Shown: positions 9,617 through 20,088, counted from the first letter of the stretch. The stretch: 64,000 nucleotides of DNA from an uncultured Coriobacteriaceae bacterium (GCA_949298635.1 CASFXG010000003.1:5291-69290), one strand, 5' to 3'. The notes: a model not told the origin generated them from the letters alone. Numbers and translations: made by a program.

Positions 9617-10926
9617 GCATCCACCTCCTCCTGCAAAAGCCTCCCTGCATGCAGGGCTTCTTCAATGAACGGCGGCTCGCACACCAGCTCCCACGCAGCC
9701 TCCGAGCTATCGAACGAGACGTAGCGTTCAAGCTCCACGCCACCGCGCGCGCCGCGTCGAACTCCCGAATACGAAGACACGAAGCGCCTGCCATCTGCCC
9801 TGCGCTCGGACATGACGATGCCGTCGAGCGCCATTGCAACCTGCTCCTCGATAAGCTCCGAGGGAAGGTTGATGCCGTAGCGCGCGAGCAACACGAGACG
9901 TACGATTGCCTCTTCCTCGGTGCCCGCATGAAGCGTGGTGAGCGACCCATCGTGACCGGTATTCATCGCCTGGAGCATGTCGATGCATTCGGCGCCGCGC
10001 ACCTCGCCCACGACGATGCGGTCCGGCCGCATGCGAAGCGCGTTCGTCACCAGATCGCGAATGCTCACCTCTCCCTCCCCTTCAATCGAAGCCGCACGTG
10101 CCTCGAGCCGAACCACATGCGGGTGCCGAGCGAACTTGAGCTCCGCGGAGTCCTCGATCGTCACGATGCGCTCACCCACTGGGATCTCGCACGACAGCGC
10201 ATTGAGCAGCGTCGTCTTACCCGACCCCGTCCCACCGGCGACGGCAAGATCTTGCCGCAAAACGACGGCATACGAGAGTAGCCGCGCATACCAATCGGGC
10301 AACGATCCAAGGCCGACGAGTTCCGCAAGCGAGCTGATTCGATCGGAGAACTTCCTGATCGTGAGCGCCGTGCCATCAATCGCCACTGGCGGTACGACTG
10401 CGTTTACGCGGTAGCCGCTCTGCAGCCGTGCATTCACGATAGGGCTCCGCTCGTCCACGCGACGACCCAGCGGCGACAGGATCCGATCGATGAGAATCCT
10501 AATCTGCTCGTCATCATCGAAGAGCGCTCCCAGTGGATGCAGCATGCCCTTCCGCTCGATATACGTGGAGGAGCAGCCGTTCACCATGATCTCGCTCACC
10601 GCCTCATCCTCAATGAGCTCTTGCAAAGGACCCAAGCCCACTACGTCGTCGAGGGCTTCGGCAACGATGCGTTCACGCTCATCGTCCTCCATGTCCTCGT
10701 GCCCCTGTGCGTTGAGCACCGCCTCGATCGCCGGCTTCAACTCGGCACGGGCGCGCTTCGTGTCCGGCTCTGCAGCGAGGTGCGCAACCTCGGCAAACCC
10801 CACCCGTTCCATGGCGGCGCGCTTCACCGCTCGAAGGGTCTCCCTATGCTCAGCAGAGCACGTACCGGAGCCGCGTGCCACGCGGCCGCTCTTTCGCACA
10901 CGCTGCGCGCGCTCGAGAACGCTCAT
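9595..10926 (-). CDS. tadA: TadA/CpaF pilus assembly ATPase
   Basis: [14 protein letters not shown], Walker [47 protein letters not shown]. Confidence 0.95.
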   Translation of the reverse strand: MSVLERAQRVRKSGRVARGSGTCSAEHRETLRAVKRAAMERVGFAEVAHLAAEPDTKRARAELKPAIEAVLNAQGHEDMEDDERERIVAEALDDVVGLGPLQELIEDEAVSEIMVNGCSSTYIERKGMLHPLGALFDDDEQIRILIDRILSPLGRRVDERSPIVNARLQSGYRVNAVVPPVAIDGTALTIRKFSDRISSLAELVGLGSLPDWYARLLSYAVVLRQDLAVAGGTGSGKTTLLNALSCEIPVGERIVTIEDSAELKFARHPHVVRLEARAASIEGEGEVSIRDLVTNALRMRPDRIVVGEVRGAECIDMLQAMNTGHDGSLTTLHAGTEEEAIVRLVLLARYGINLPSELIEEQVAMALDGIVMSERRADGRRFVSSYSGVRRGARGGVELERYVSFDSSEAAWELVCEPPFIEEALHAGRLLQEEVDAWRTMCP

Positions 10927-12404
10927 GCCGCTTCACCGACGTTCTTCCAAGGAAGATGCAAGCGAGGGCGCGCAGACGCCTCGCGACAAGCGTCTTCTCG
11001 AGTGGGCTCCTCCACAACAGGGCACCCCAACTCACGTAAGAGCTGCGAAGCCAGCCGTCGGATGCTCTGGCCGAACGGCGTCTGCGCACGCACCGCTTCG
11101 TCCATGCGACCGATTTCTGCAAGCGCAGAGAGATTGCTCCCGCCATCGGCAACGCGCGCCTTGGAGCTCAGCGCCACCTTCATCTCGATGCGCAGTGCCG
11201 TGTCTCCGGGACACCCACGCTGACCGACGCGGTTCACCACGCAGGTCATGCGTGTACGCGGGATCCCGAACCTCCCTATCATCGCGACGAGCCGCTGCAT
11301 GGCCTCCGCGCTGCCCACGGCGTCATCGCCCACCACAAGGCAGCGATCACATGAAGAGACCATCGCCGCGACAGCGTCTGTCCATGTGGTGGAGGTATCG
11401 ACGATCACTACATCCGCTTCGGCGCGCAGCACGCCTAACAAGAGCTCGAGCGGCTTGCCTAAAAGTTCGGCACGCTCCGGCACGCCAAGAGGCCCCCACA
11501 GGGTCAGTCCCGGCGCAATGCGCACCGACGCCCTCACGATATCCTCCTCCGAAAGCACACCCGACGCCGAAGGCTCGACGATCGTCCCTATATCGCGTGG
11601 CTCCTCCACGCCGAGCATCATGTAGGCGTTACCGAACATGAGGTCAAGATCGAGCAGGGCGGTTCGCAATCCCGAACGAGCCGCGAAACATGCCATTGCC
11701 GTCGCAATCGTCGTCTTGCCCGAACCCCCACGGCCAGAAGCCACGCATATCACAGGAGCTCGTCTTCCCTTACCCGCTTCCGCAGGGCGCGAAGAGGCGC
11801 GCGCCGCAAGCGGCGGTTCCGGCTCCGGTTCATCGAGATCTTCCGTCTCGACGATCTCCAACCCTGCAGCCCGCATGGGCGCCACGCGAGCCGAGGCATC
11901 CCCCGCACACGCGGCACGATTTCTGTGCGCAGCCGCTTCCCGCTGCCCGCTCGACCTGGGCAGAGACGCGTTCGCCATCCCGAGATTGCCCGTATCTTCA
12001 GGCGAAAGCCCCGGCGCCAGCGACGCCGTCTCACTCTCATTCCGCTGCGCCGTCTCAGTTCGCCGACACGTCCGCACCGCCTCGAGGGGAATCACCTCGG
12101 CGGCGCCCGCATAGAAGAGCGGCGCGATGCGCGCAGGGTCAACATCCTCGACAAGCACAACCACGCGCCCCACCCCTTCAGCCCGAGCCATGCGCTCGAC
12201 AAGGGTTGCGTGCGCCTCGATACCCAAACCTCGCGCAAGTACCATCGTGCCCGACACCTTGCCCGCGAACGACGTCGCAAGTCGCTCGAGAAGCACCGGG
12301 TCATCTATGCGCAGCACGCATGCACCTCGCTCTCGCTGTTCGATCTCCCGCTGGACGATTGCGTAGTCATCGCTCGAGCAATACGCGAACCATAGCTGTC
12401 TCAT
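10923..12404 (-). CDS. cpaE: CpaE/TadZ MinD-like pilus localisation ATPase
   Basis: Degenerate receiver-like N-terminus, [24 protein letters not shown]. Confidence 0.85.
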   Translation of the reverse strand: MRQLWFAYCSSDDYAIVQREIEQRERGACVLRIDDPVLLERLATSFAGKVSGTMVLARGLGIEAHATLVERMARAEGVGRVVVLVEDVDPARIAPLFYAGAAEVIPLEAVRTCRRTETAQRNESETASLAPGLSPEDTGNLGMANASLPRSSGQREAAAHRNRAACAGDASARVAPMRAAGLEIVETEDLDEPEPEPPLAARASSRPAEAGKGRRAPVICVASGRGGSGKTTIATAMACFAARSGLRTALLDLDLMFGNAYMMLGVEEPRDIGTIVEPSASGVLSEEDIVRASVRIAPGLTLWGPLGVPERAELLGKPLELLLGVLRAEADVVIVDTSTTWTDAVAAMVSSCDRCLVVGDDAVGSAEAMQRLVAMIGRFGIPRTRMTCVVNRVGQRGCPGDTALRIEMKVALSSKARVADGGSNLSALAEIGRMDEAVRAQTPFGQSIRRLASQLLRELGCPVVEEPTREDACREASARPRLHLPWKNVGEAA

Positions 12405-13243
12405 GCTGTATCTCCTCCAGATTCTGCTTCCATGTCTGTGGCGTCACCGCTATCGGCGGCATCCTCACCGCGCGCAGAACTCGCGTTTCCGGCAGGCTTT
12501 GTCTCCCGTGCCGCAGCTTCGTCATCGCTTGCAACGCCCGTGACTTCCTCAGACTGTTCCGTTTCACGCACTTCGTCCGTATCAGACGAAGCCTCGTCGT
12601 CCGTGCTTTCGACCTCAGATCCTGGAACCACCAGGTTTATCGATCCTTTCGCCGTGGCGGCAAGGAGCTCCGAGACGCGATCTGGCGCGACCGCAACCGT
12701 CACCCAGCTCAGATCTGCCGACGCTCCACCGGCTTCGTCCGCACTCGTTGCGATGACTTGTGCGCGGCAGATGCAATCGGCGATACCGGTTCCCGCCAGA
12801 TACACGTCGACCGTATCCCCGTATGCGAGCGTGCCGCCCGCCGCATGCGCGGAATCCACCGGCACCGAGACGGCGACCATTCCCTCGGGAACCTCGAGTG
12901 CGTCGCCGCGCTCTTGAAAATACACCGGACAGAGCACGGCTCGCGCGGGTATGTTCGATGTGGCTCGCTTGCCCACGATCTCGTCTACCGACGTTGCAGA
13001 ATCGGCCGGCAGAAGCCCCGCGACCCACTCCGTAAGCTCGATATCTCCCTCGTCGATCAGCTCACCTGCAGCGACATCGCGCGTCGCGACGCAAACGCTC
13101 ACCACGTCGCCGCCGTACGCAGCAAGAAGTTCTTGCCGCTCGCGCGCCGCCTCCGCCCGAATAGACGCGCCATACCACGATGCCAGGGCAAACGCCAAGA
13201 TGCCCGAAGCAACGCTTATCGCCAGCCGAACCCCGCGCCTCAT
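12401..13243 (-). CDS. cpaB: CpaB/RcpC SAF-domain pilus assembly protein
   Basis: TM helix, VATRDVAAGELI (SAF), PEGMVAVSVPV...GDTVDVY, VTVAVAP; acidic tail. Confidence 0.88.
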   Translation of the reverse strand: MRRGVRLAISVASGILAFALASWYGASIRAEAARERQELLAAYGGDVVSVCVATRDVAAGELIDEGDIELTEWVAGLLPADSATSVDEIVGKRATSNIPARAVLCPVYFQERGDALEVPEGMVAVSVPVDSAHAAGGTLAYGDTVDVYLAGTGIADCICRAQVIATSADEAGGASADLSWVTVAVAPDRVSELLAATAKGSINLVVPGSEVESTDDEASSDTDEVRETEQSEEVTGVASDDEAAARETKPAGNASSARGEDAADSGDATDMEAESGGDTA

Positions 13244-13566
13244 CTCGCACTCCCTGCCCCGTGGTCTGCGTGTTCGATTCAATTGTGAAAAGGGCGACGT
13301 ACTAGCCGACTGGAAATATGAGAAAGTCCCTCGCGACCTTGCAGAATCCTTGTCGCAATCTTTCTCGGTGTGCCAGAAGCGTGCAAGATTCACCAGGATA
13401 TGCGACAAGATTTTTTGAAGCGCTCCACTCGACCCCAAGCAGGGCGAAGAAACGAACTATTCAAGTTTTAAGCAAATCTATACGCTCATAGGGCACCATG
13501 CTGCAGACATCTCGCCCGACGCACCGCGACGAGAAGCCGTTCGCACGTCGCAAGCCCCACACGTCA

Positions 13567-14718
13567 CTACAGATGGATATCCGGGTCGAGGCTCTGGGCG
13601 CTCACGCGCATCTCCTCGGCTAACCCCTGGAACACCTCGAGCCGGAGCTCGTCAATCTCGCCCGACGCGACCGCCGCGCGCACCATGCACCCGGGCTCGT
13701 GCGTATGCGTGCAATCGTTGAAGCGGCATCCGCGTGACGCCTCGACGACCTCGGGAAACATGCGCGCGAGTCCGCGCTCGTGCCCGACGAGCGGCAGGCT
13801 GCGCAGTCCAGGGGCGTCCGCGATCACGCCGCACGAACCAGGGAGCTTCACCATCACGCGTGCCACTGTGGTATGGCGGCCGGCATCGTCGCGCGCACGC
13901 ACCGCGCCCGTCTCCAGCGCCTCGTGTCCCAACAGGGCGTTCAACATGGTCGACTTGCCCGCGCCCGATTCTCCGAGGATCATCGCGCAGGTTTGGGTCG
14001 GCACGCAGGCACGCACCTCATCAAGCCCCTCGCCCGTGGCAGACGAAGAAATGATCACGCGAACATCCTCGCCCACCAGGCGCCTCACACGGCCAAGCTC
14101 GCGCTCGAGCTCGTCGGGAGCGCAGCGATCTGCCTTGGTGAGCACCACGACGGCACGCGCTCCGCAATCCGCCGCGAGCACGAGCGAACGGGCGATGCGC
14201 CCCAAGAGCACCTCTCCGGCACCGAGCGGCTGCACCACGAGGATTGTATCGACATTCGCACAGAGCACCTGGCGCTCACCGCGGTTCTTGCCACGCCAGC
14301 GCTCGAAGACCGTGCGCCGGGGCAGCACGCACTCGATCACGCCCATGTCATGCCCGGGCGCGCGACGCAGCGCCACCCAATCGCCCACGGCGGGGAGCAG
14401 CGACGCTTCATCTTTGCGCTGCTTGGCAAAGCCGACCGCATGCTCGGCGCGAAGCGTTTCGTGCTCGGTCGCCACCAGGGGAAATCCTCGGTCGAGCCGA
14501 ACGACGCACCCTATCTGCATCTGCTCAGCATCTTCAACGTCCGAACAAAAGGCGTCGAAGGCCGCACGCTGGGCATCATCGAGCCGAAGATCACGAAATG
14601 CCGGGACATCATGCAAGGCATCGATCTTGGGAAGCGCGGCGATGACGCCGCTTTCGTCTGTTGTCGCAGCACGCCGCTTCCCCGTGCGCCGCGCCTTGCC
14701 CTGTGCCCGTTTTGCCAT
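13567..14718 (-). CDS. rsgA: Ribosome small subunit-dependent GTPase A
   Basis: AVGDWV, ANVD, TKAD, GESGAGKST, GRHTT, DAPG, CRFNDCTHTHEPGC. Confidence 0.95.
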   Translation of the reverse strand: MAKRAQGKARRTGKRRAATTDESGVIAALPKIDALHDVPAFRDLRLDDAQRAAFDAFCSDVEDAEQMQIGCVVRLDRGFPLVATEHETLRAEHAVGFAKQRKDEASLLPAVGDWVALRRAPGHDMGVIECVLPRRTVFERWRGKNRGERQVLCANVDTILVVQPLGAGEVLLGRIARSLVLAADCGARAVVVLTKADRCAPDELERELGRVRRLVGEDVRVIISSSATGEGLDEVRACVPTQTCAMILGESGAGKSTMLNALLGHEALETGAVRARDDAGRHTTVARVMVKLPGSCGVIADAPGLRSLPLVGHERGLARMFPEVVEASRGCRFNDCTHTHEPGCMVRAAVASGEIDELRLEVFQGLAEEMRVSAQSLDPDIHL

Positions 14719-14725
14719 GGATGCC

Positions 14726-15310
14726 TTAGCCGACCACGAGCGGCACGCCGCAGTCCGCGCAGAAGTTCATATCGTCATCCCAGATCTTGCCGCACTGCGG
14801 GCAGCGCTTGTGCACCTCTGACGGCTCGACCGGGAAAAGCTCCGCCACCGGATGCGCGCAGCCGGGACAGAAGTTGAAGTGAGCCTCGATAACAGCGCCG
14901 CATACCGGGCAGATGCGAGCCTGCTGCTCGGGCTCGGGAGCATCGACCACAGGCTCTTCCGCAACCGGCTGCTCCGCCATCGCCGCAGCCTCGGCCTCAG
15001 CCTCAGCAGCCGCGGCAGCTTCCGCCTCAGCAGCCGCAGCAGCCTCCGCCTCAGCAGCCGCGGCAGCCTCGCGCGCGCGGGCTTCTTCGAGCTGAACCCG
15101 AACCTCGGCAAGCTTCGCCTCGTACTCGGCTGCCGTCTGATGCTTCGCCTCGACCTCGGCCTCAAGCTGCGTCACCGCCGCCTGCGCCTGCTCAATCACG
15201 GCCTTGTTCTGCTCAATCTGGCCCGTCGCCTCGGCGATGTCGGAATTCACCGCCGCCAACGCCTCCTCGATCTCGCCCATCTGCTGCTCGAGCGCCTGAA
15301 TATCCTCCAT
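14726..15310 (-). CDS. Coiled-coil + Ala/Glu repeat + double zinc-ribbon protein
   Basis: Heptad-rich N-terminus, (AAAAEAE)n linker, CPVCG..FCPGC and CPQCG..FCADCG; RBS GGAGG. Confidence 0.75.
   Translation of the reverse strand: MEDIQALEQQMGEIEEALAAVNSDIAEATGQIEQNKAVIEQAQAAVTQLEAEVEAKHQTAAEYEAKLAEVRVQLEEARAREAAAAAEAEAAAAAEAEAAAAAEAEAEAAAMAEQPVAEEPVVDAPEPEQQARICPVCGAVIEAHFNFCPGCAHPVAELFPVEPSEVHKRCPQCGKIWDDDMNFCADCGVPLVVG
14981..15070. repeat. Imperfect 21-bp tandem repeat encoding AAAAEAE
   Basis: Units like GCAGCCTCCGCCTCAGCAGCC repeated about 4 times. Confidence 0.75.
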
Positions 15311-15574
15311 TGGCAACCTGCCTCCCACTCGCAGGCGCGACGATCAAGTTCCGCGCCCAACCAAGCGAACCATTGCTCCCATTGTCTCACGAAGCGCCCC
15401 GTTTGCACGCATGAACGGAAATTTGGATACAGACGGACACACCGATTGTCCCCGCAACAGGTAGACGCCCCAGGCACCTCACATGCCCCTCGCGCTCTAT
15501 ATACTGTCCTACCACCGCTGGCCATCATGCGCGTGGACAAGAAGACACGCGCCGCCGCGAGCGCGTTAACAGAA

Positions 15575-15653
15575 GACCCTCCCGGATCTCCCCCTGAGCG
15601 ATTCCGCAGGCGCGAAGCGCCGAGGACAAGCGAAGGGGAAATCCGGGAGGGTC
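15575..15653. repeat. Long intergenic hairpin with GCGAAGC centre
   Basis: GACCCTCCCGGAT...ATCCGGGAGGGTC arms. The core TTCCGCAG..GCGAAGC..CGAGGAC recurs at 30309-30336. Confidence 0.7.
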
Positions 15654-15679
15654 GACAGGACGATATCAAGCGGCGAAGC

Positions 15680-18361
15680 TTACTTCTCCTTCTCCACCGC
15701 GCGCATGATGGCCTTGTAGATCTCCACGATCGGGATGATCAGGAAGCCGAGCGCAAGCGCGGTGACCATGCCCTTGAGCTCGAGGTGCTCCACGCCGAAG
15801 AAGATCATCGAGAGCGCGTCGACCTCGACCACGATGAGCGTGAGGACGAGCGCGAGGAATGCGGCGCCCCACAGCCACTTGTTCTGCTTCTTCATGTGGA
15901 AGATCGAAGCACGACGGCTACGCATGTTGAAGCAGTGGAAGATTTCGACCATGTTGAGCGTGATGAACGCCATCATGACGCCCTCTTCGTCGGCCATGGA
16001 GGTGGCGAGCTGGGAGAGGTCGATCTCGCCCAGGTCGAAGTACACGCCGCAGAAGAAGCTGATGAGCACCAGAACGGCGATGACGACGCCCTGTACCACG
16101 GTGTCGAGACCCATGTTGCCGGCGAACACGCCGTCGGTGGCGTTACGCGGCTTGCGCTTCATGACGTCGCCCTCGGCCTCTTCCATACCGAGCGCGAGCG
16201 CGGGGAAGCAGTCGGTGACGAGGTTCACCCACAGCAGCTGGATGGGCTGGAACAGGGTGAAGCCCATGAGCGTCGCCGCGAACACGCTGAAGACCTCGGC
16301 GAGGTTCGCGGAGAGCAGGAACTGGATAACCTTGCGGATGTTGTCGTAGATGCGACGACCCTCTTCGCACGCGTTGATGATCGTAGCAAAGTTGTCGTCG
16401 GCAAGCACCATGTCGGCGACGTTCTTCGTAACGTCGGTGCCGGTGATGCCCATGCCGATGCCGATGTTCGCATGCTTGATCGAGGGCGCGTCGTTTACGC
16501 CGTCGCCCGTCATGGCAACGATCTTGTCCTTCGCCTTCCACGCCTCGACGATGCGGGTCTTGTGCTCGGGCTGGACGCGCGCGTACACGCGGTAGTTCTC
16601 GATCTTCTGGTCGAGCTCTTCGTCGCTCATCTTATCGATGTCGGCACCGGTGATGGCCTGGCTGCGATCCTCGACGATACCGAGATTCTTGGCGATGGCC
16701 ACGGCGGTATCGATATGGTCGCCCGTGATCATGATGGTGCGGATGCCGGCGCCCTGAGCCTCGGCGATGGCGGGAGCCACCTCGGGGCGCTCGGGGTCGA
16801 TCATGCCGGAGAGGCCGCAGAACACAAGGTTGTTTTCGAGCGCCTCGGGCGAGCAATCGGAGGGCTTTTCGTCATAGGTGCGGCTCGCAAGGGCAAGCAC
16901 GCGGAGCGCCTCGTCGGCCATGGACTTGTTGGCGGCGAGCAGCTGCTCGCGCTTCTCATCCGTCATGGGAACGATCTGATCGTTCTCGTACACGCTCGTG
17001 CAGAGGTTGATAACGACGTCGGGAGCGCCCTTCGTGTACTGCTCGAACTTGCCGTCGGCCTCCTCGACGATAACGGACATCATCTTGCGGCCAGAGTCGA
17101 ACGGAGCCTCGCCCACGCGCGGGTGCTCGACATCGAGCCCCTGCATGCCAGCCTTGGCAGCATCGTTCACCAGGGCGCACTCGGTGGGCTCGCCCACGGC
17201 CTCGCCGGCCTCTTCGTCCCACTTCGCATCGGAGCAGAGCGCCATACCGGCAAGGAGCTTCTCCTCGGAGGAGGCGAGCTCGTGCTTCACGACCGTCATC
17301 TTGTTCTGGGTGAGGGTACCGGTCTTATCCGAGCAGATGACCTGGGTGCAGCCGAGGGTCTCGACGGCGCTCAGGTTGCGGATGATGGCCTGGCGCTTCG
17401 CCATCTTGGTCACGCCGATGGAAAGGACGATCGTCACGACGGCGACCAAGCCCTCGGGGATGGCGGCGACGGCAAGCGACACGGCAACCATGAAGGTGTC
17501 GAGCAGCAGGTGCGGCTCGGCGGCGACGGTGCCAAAGCCAGCGCGCAGCACGTCGACCGCGAAGACGACCACGCAGATCACGATGACCAAAATGGTGAGG
17601 ATCTTCGAAAGCTCGGCGAGCTTCATCTGGAGCGGCGTGAGCTCTTCCTTGGCGTCGTTGAGGGCGCCGGCGATCTTGCCCATCTCGGTGTCCATGCCGG
17701 TACCGCACACGACGGCGCGGCCGCGGCCGTACACCACGGTGGAGCCCATGTAGCACATGTTCTTACGGTCGCCGAGCGGCACGTCATCCGTACCCTCGGC
17801 AAGCTCGATGACCTCGGTGTGCTTCTCGACCGGGACGGACTCGCCGGTGAGGGCGGCCTCCTCGATCTTCATGGAAGCGCTCTCGAGCACGCGGCAGTCG
17901 GCCGGGACGGCGTCACCGGCCTCGAGCAGCACGATGTCGCCAGGCACGAGCTCGGAGGAGTGCAGCGAGATCTGCTTGCCGTCGCGGATGACCTTCGACT
18001 GGGCGGCGCTCATCTCCTGCAGTGCAGCGAGCGCCTCCTCGCTCTTTGCCTCCTGGATGACGCCGAGCGCGGAGTTGATGATGACGACCGTCATGATGAT
18101 GATGACGTCCGCCCACTCGGACTCGCCCTGGATCATGCCGGTCACAGCCGAGATGACGGCAGCAACGATAAGCATGATGACCATGGGGTCGGCCATCTGC
18201 TGGAAGAAGCGGATCCACAGCGGGGTCTTCTCTTCCTCCTTGAGCTTGTTGGGGCCGAACTTCGCCGCGCGCGTCTGCGCCTCGGCAGAGGTTAGGCCGG
18301 TTTCCGCGTTCGTGGACTGCTCGACGAGCACGTCCTCTGCGGAAGCAAGATACTCCTTCAA
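15680..18361 (-). CDS. P-type IIA (Ca2+-type) cation-transporting ATPase
   Basis: LTGES, IPEGL, CSDKTGTLT, KGAP, MITGD, MTGDGVNDAP, LLWVNLVTD; TTG start after GGAGGG. Confidence 0.95.
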   Translation of the reverse strand: MKEYLASAEDVLVEQSTNAETGLTSAEAQTRAAKFGPNKLKEEEKTPLWIRFFQQMADPMVIMLIVAAVISAVTGMIQGESEWADVIIIMTVVIINSALGVIQEAKSEEALAALQEMSAAQSKVIRDGKQISLHSSELVPGDIVLLEAGDAVPADCRVLESASMKIEEAALTGESVPVEKHTEVIELAEGTDDVPLGDRKNMCYMGSTVVYGRGRAVVCGTGMDTEMGKIAGALNDAKEELTPLQMKLAELSKILTILVIVICVVVFAVDVLRAGFGTVAAEPHLLLDTFMVAVSLAVAAIPEGLVAVVTIVLSIGVTKMAKRQAIIRNLSAVETLGCTQVICSDKTGTLTQNKMTVVKHELASSEEKLLAGMALCSDAKWDEEAGEAVGEPTECALVNDAAKAGMQGLDVEHPRVGEAPFDSGRKMMSVIVEEADGKFEQYTKGAPDVVINLCTSVYENDQIVPMTDEKREQLLAANKSMADEALRVLALASRTYDEKPSDCSPEALENNLVFCGLSGMIDPERPEVAPAIAEAQGAGIRTIMITGDHIDTAVAIAKNLGIVEDRSQAITGADIDKMSDEELDQKIENYRVYARVQPEHKTRIVEAWKAKDKIVAMTGDGVNDAPSIKHANIGIGMGITGTDVTKNVADMVLADDNFATIINACEEGRRIYDNIRKVIQFLLSANLAEVFSVFAATLMGFTLFQPIQLLWVNLVTDCFPALALGMEEAEGDVMKRKPRNATDGVFAGNMGLDTVVQGVVIAVLVLISFFCGVYFDLGEIDLSQLATSMADEEGVMMAFITLNMVEIFHCFNMRSRRASIFHMKKQNKWLWGAAFLALVLTLIVVEVDALSMIFFGVEHLELKGMVTALALGFLIIPIVEIYKAIMRAVEKEK

Positions 18362-18536
18362 ATGTATCCCTCCCGATACATAGGAACGACGGGCGTCGAA
18401 GCGCCCCGGTACTACCATGGCCCCGATCATAATTCCAGGAAGGCAAGGGCTTGCCACGTAAACTTATATATTAGCTGAAGTTTGCACATATCTGCGCAGG
18501 AATTCGGCCAATTTTGAATGTTCTTCCGACCAATAC

Positions 18537-18567
18537 CTGTCAAATAACCCCAAGGGTTTTTCGGCAT
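18537..18567 (+). repeat. REP-like palindrome family A (copy 1 of 6)
   Basis: Consensus ATGTCAAATWACCCCAGGGGTTTTTCGACAT; other copies at 20091, 21862(-), 42879, 59702, 59806(-). Confidence 0.85.
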
Positions 18568-18580
18568 GCGGCGAGTTGCG

Positions 18581-19993
18581 TCACTCGCAGGGTTCACTCT
18601 TGACCATCCCCTCAATGCTGAGCAGATGGAGCCGCTCGTCGCGTTCAGCCTCCTCTCTCAAGCCCTCGGTAAACCCCGTCTTTGAGAAGATGAAGCGCTG
18701 TGCATGAGACGACGCATGGATAAGACCGCCCCGGTCACCGAGGGTCTTGGCAACATCCAAGCCGACCTTCTCTTGCTGCCACTTGCACTCGCCGAGCACC
18801 GTCGGAACACCCTCGGTAAGCCCAACGATGTCGATCTCTTCTTCACGGCGCTCCCGGGGGTTGTTACCCCACCAGCGTCCGATTTCGTCGACGTCCTCCC
18901 CGAGCTTACCCGCAACGTTTTGACGCCACAACCACTCGCGACAGATGCGCTCGAAGGCATCGCCCATGTACTCTGATAGATGCTTTTGAATCAGAGCGAG
19001 GGCGCGACGGGGCATATGTCGCTCGATCGTAGATCTGTTCGGCGCGATAAATCGATACCAGAACCGGAAGAGGTTATCCGCAAGCCGATACGTCGGACGG
19101 CGCCCGCCACCGCACACGGGGAATTCTTTCTCCACCAGACCGATACGCTGGAGCTCCTTCAGATAGTACGTGAGCTCTCCTGCGGTCAGTCCAACCGTCG
19201 TCGCGATCTCGTTGTTCTCCGTCTTGCCCGACGCAATCGCCTCGATAATCGAATTGTAGGCCGCGGATTTCTGAACCTCCTGCTTGAGCAGGTTCAACGG
19301 CTCCTCAAAGAGAATCGAGGAGGGATCCAGGAAGGCTTCGGCGATGTTCTCGTCCAGAGAGCGACCATCGCTGAATTGTTGAAGGTACAGGGGAATGCCG
19401 CCCGTCATACCATAGACCTCGGCAGCCTCAATCGGCTCTAAGGCGGGGAAGAACCGGCGAGATTCGAAGAAGTCAAGCGGCCGTAACTCAAGCTGCGCGG
19501 TTCGCCGGCCGTAGAGCGGACTCTGCTCGCCAAGCACTTGCTCCCGCATAAACGAAAGCGAAGAACCACAGAGCATCAGATAAAGCTGGGAGGTGTCCTT
19601 CGATCGGTCGATCAGTGCTTGCAAGATGGACGAGACACTTGAATCGGCCTTCGCCAGGTAGGGATACTCGTCGATGATGAATACGATGCGCTGCTGAGAT
19701 GCCCGTGCAAACACCGCCTCAAATGCCGTTTGAAAATCTGAATACTGAGGTGCGAGCTGAGGGTCGGCATCAGGTTGGTCGAAGGCATAGATCGCTCTGC
19801 TGAGATTGCGCAAATTTGCCGTGACGTTATCCTCGACAGCGGTGAAGAAGATCGCACGCTTATCCTTCACGAATTCCGACATCAGGTAGGTCTTGCCCAC
19901 GCGACGACGCCCAAACAAAACGGGGAACTGAAAGCCACCGCGCTCATAGAGGCGTTGCAATGTTCTGAGCTCTGTCTTACGACCGATTATCAT
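18581..19993 (-). CDS. Archaeal-type AAA ATPase with wHTH and C-terminal DUF234 (PD-(D/E)XK) domain
   Basis: IGRKTEL, GRRRVGKT, IIDEYPYL, LCGSS, SPLYGRRT, DNLFRFWYRF, GRWW, EEEIDIV, GECKW. Confidence 0.9.
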   Translation of the reverse strand: MIIGRKTELRTLQRLYERGGFQFPVLFGRRRVGKTYLMSEFVKDKRAIFFTAVEDNVTANLRNLSRAIYAFDQPDADPQLAPQYSDFQTAFEAVFARASQQRIVFIIDEYPYLAKADSSVSSILQALIDRSKDTSQLYLMLCGSSLSFMREQVLGEQSPLYGRRTAQLELRPLDFFESRRFFPALEPIEAAEVYGMTGGIPLYLQQFSDGRSLDENIAEAFLDPSSILFEEPLNLLKQEVQKSAAYNSIIEAIASGKTENNEIATTVGLTAGELTYYLKELQRIGLVEKEFPVCGGGRRPTYRLADNLFRFWYRFIAPNRSTIERHMPRRALALIQKHLSEYMGDAFERICREWLWRQNVAGKLGEDVDEIGRWWGNNPRERREEEIDIVGLTEGVPTVLGECKWQQEKVGLDVAKTLGDRGGLIHASSHAQRFIFSKTGFTEGLREEAERDERLHLLSIEGMVKSEPCE

Positions 19994-20047
19994 GTTTGCC
20001 TCCTCAGATGCCTCAGAAATGCTCTTCCTCATACTAACATGATTCGT

Positions 20048-20088
20048 TTTTACATAAGTTGACTTTACTAAAGTTGACTTATGTAAAA
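20048..20088. promoter_or_regulatory. Operator-like inverted repeat upstream of the AAA-DUF234 gene
   Basis: TTTTACATAAGT-N17-ACTTATGTAAAA with an internal direct repeat AAGTTGACTT x2. Confidence 0.65.

Noticed and set aside
14852-18295. 1147-aa plus-strand ORF
   Set aside because: Antisense shadow of the P-type ATPase caused by GC3 codon bias.
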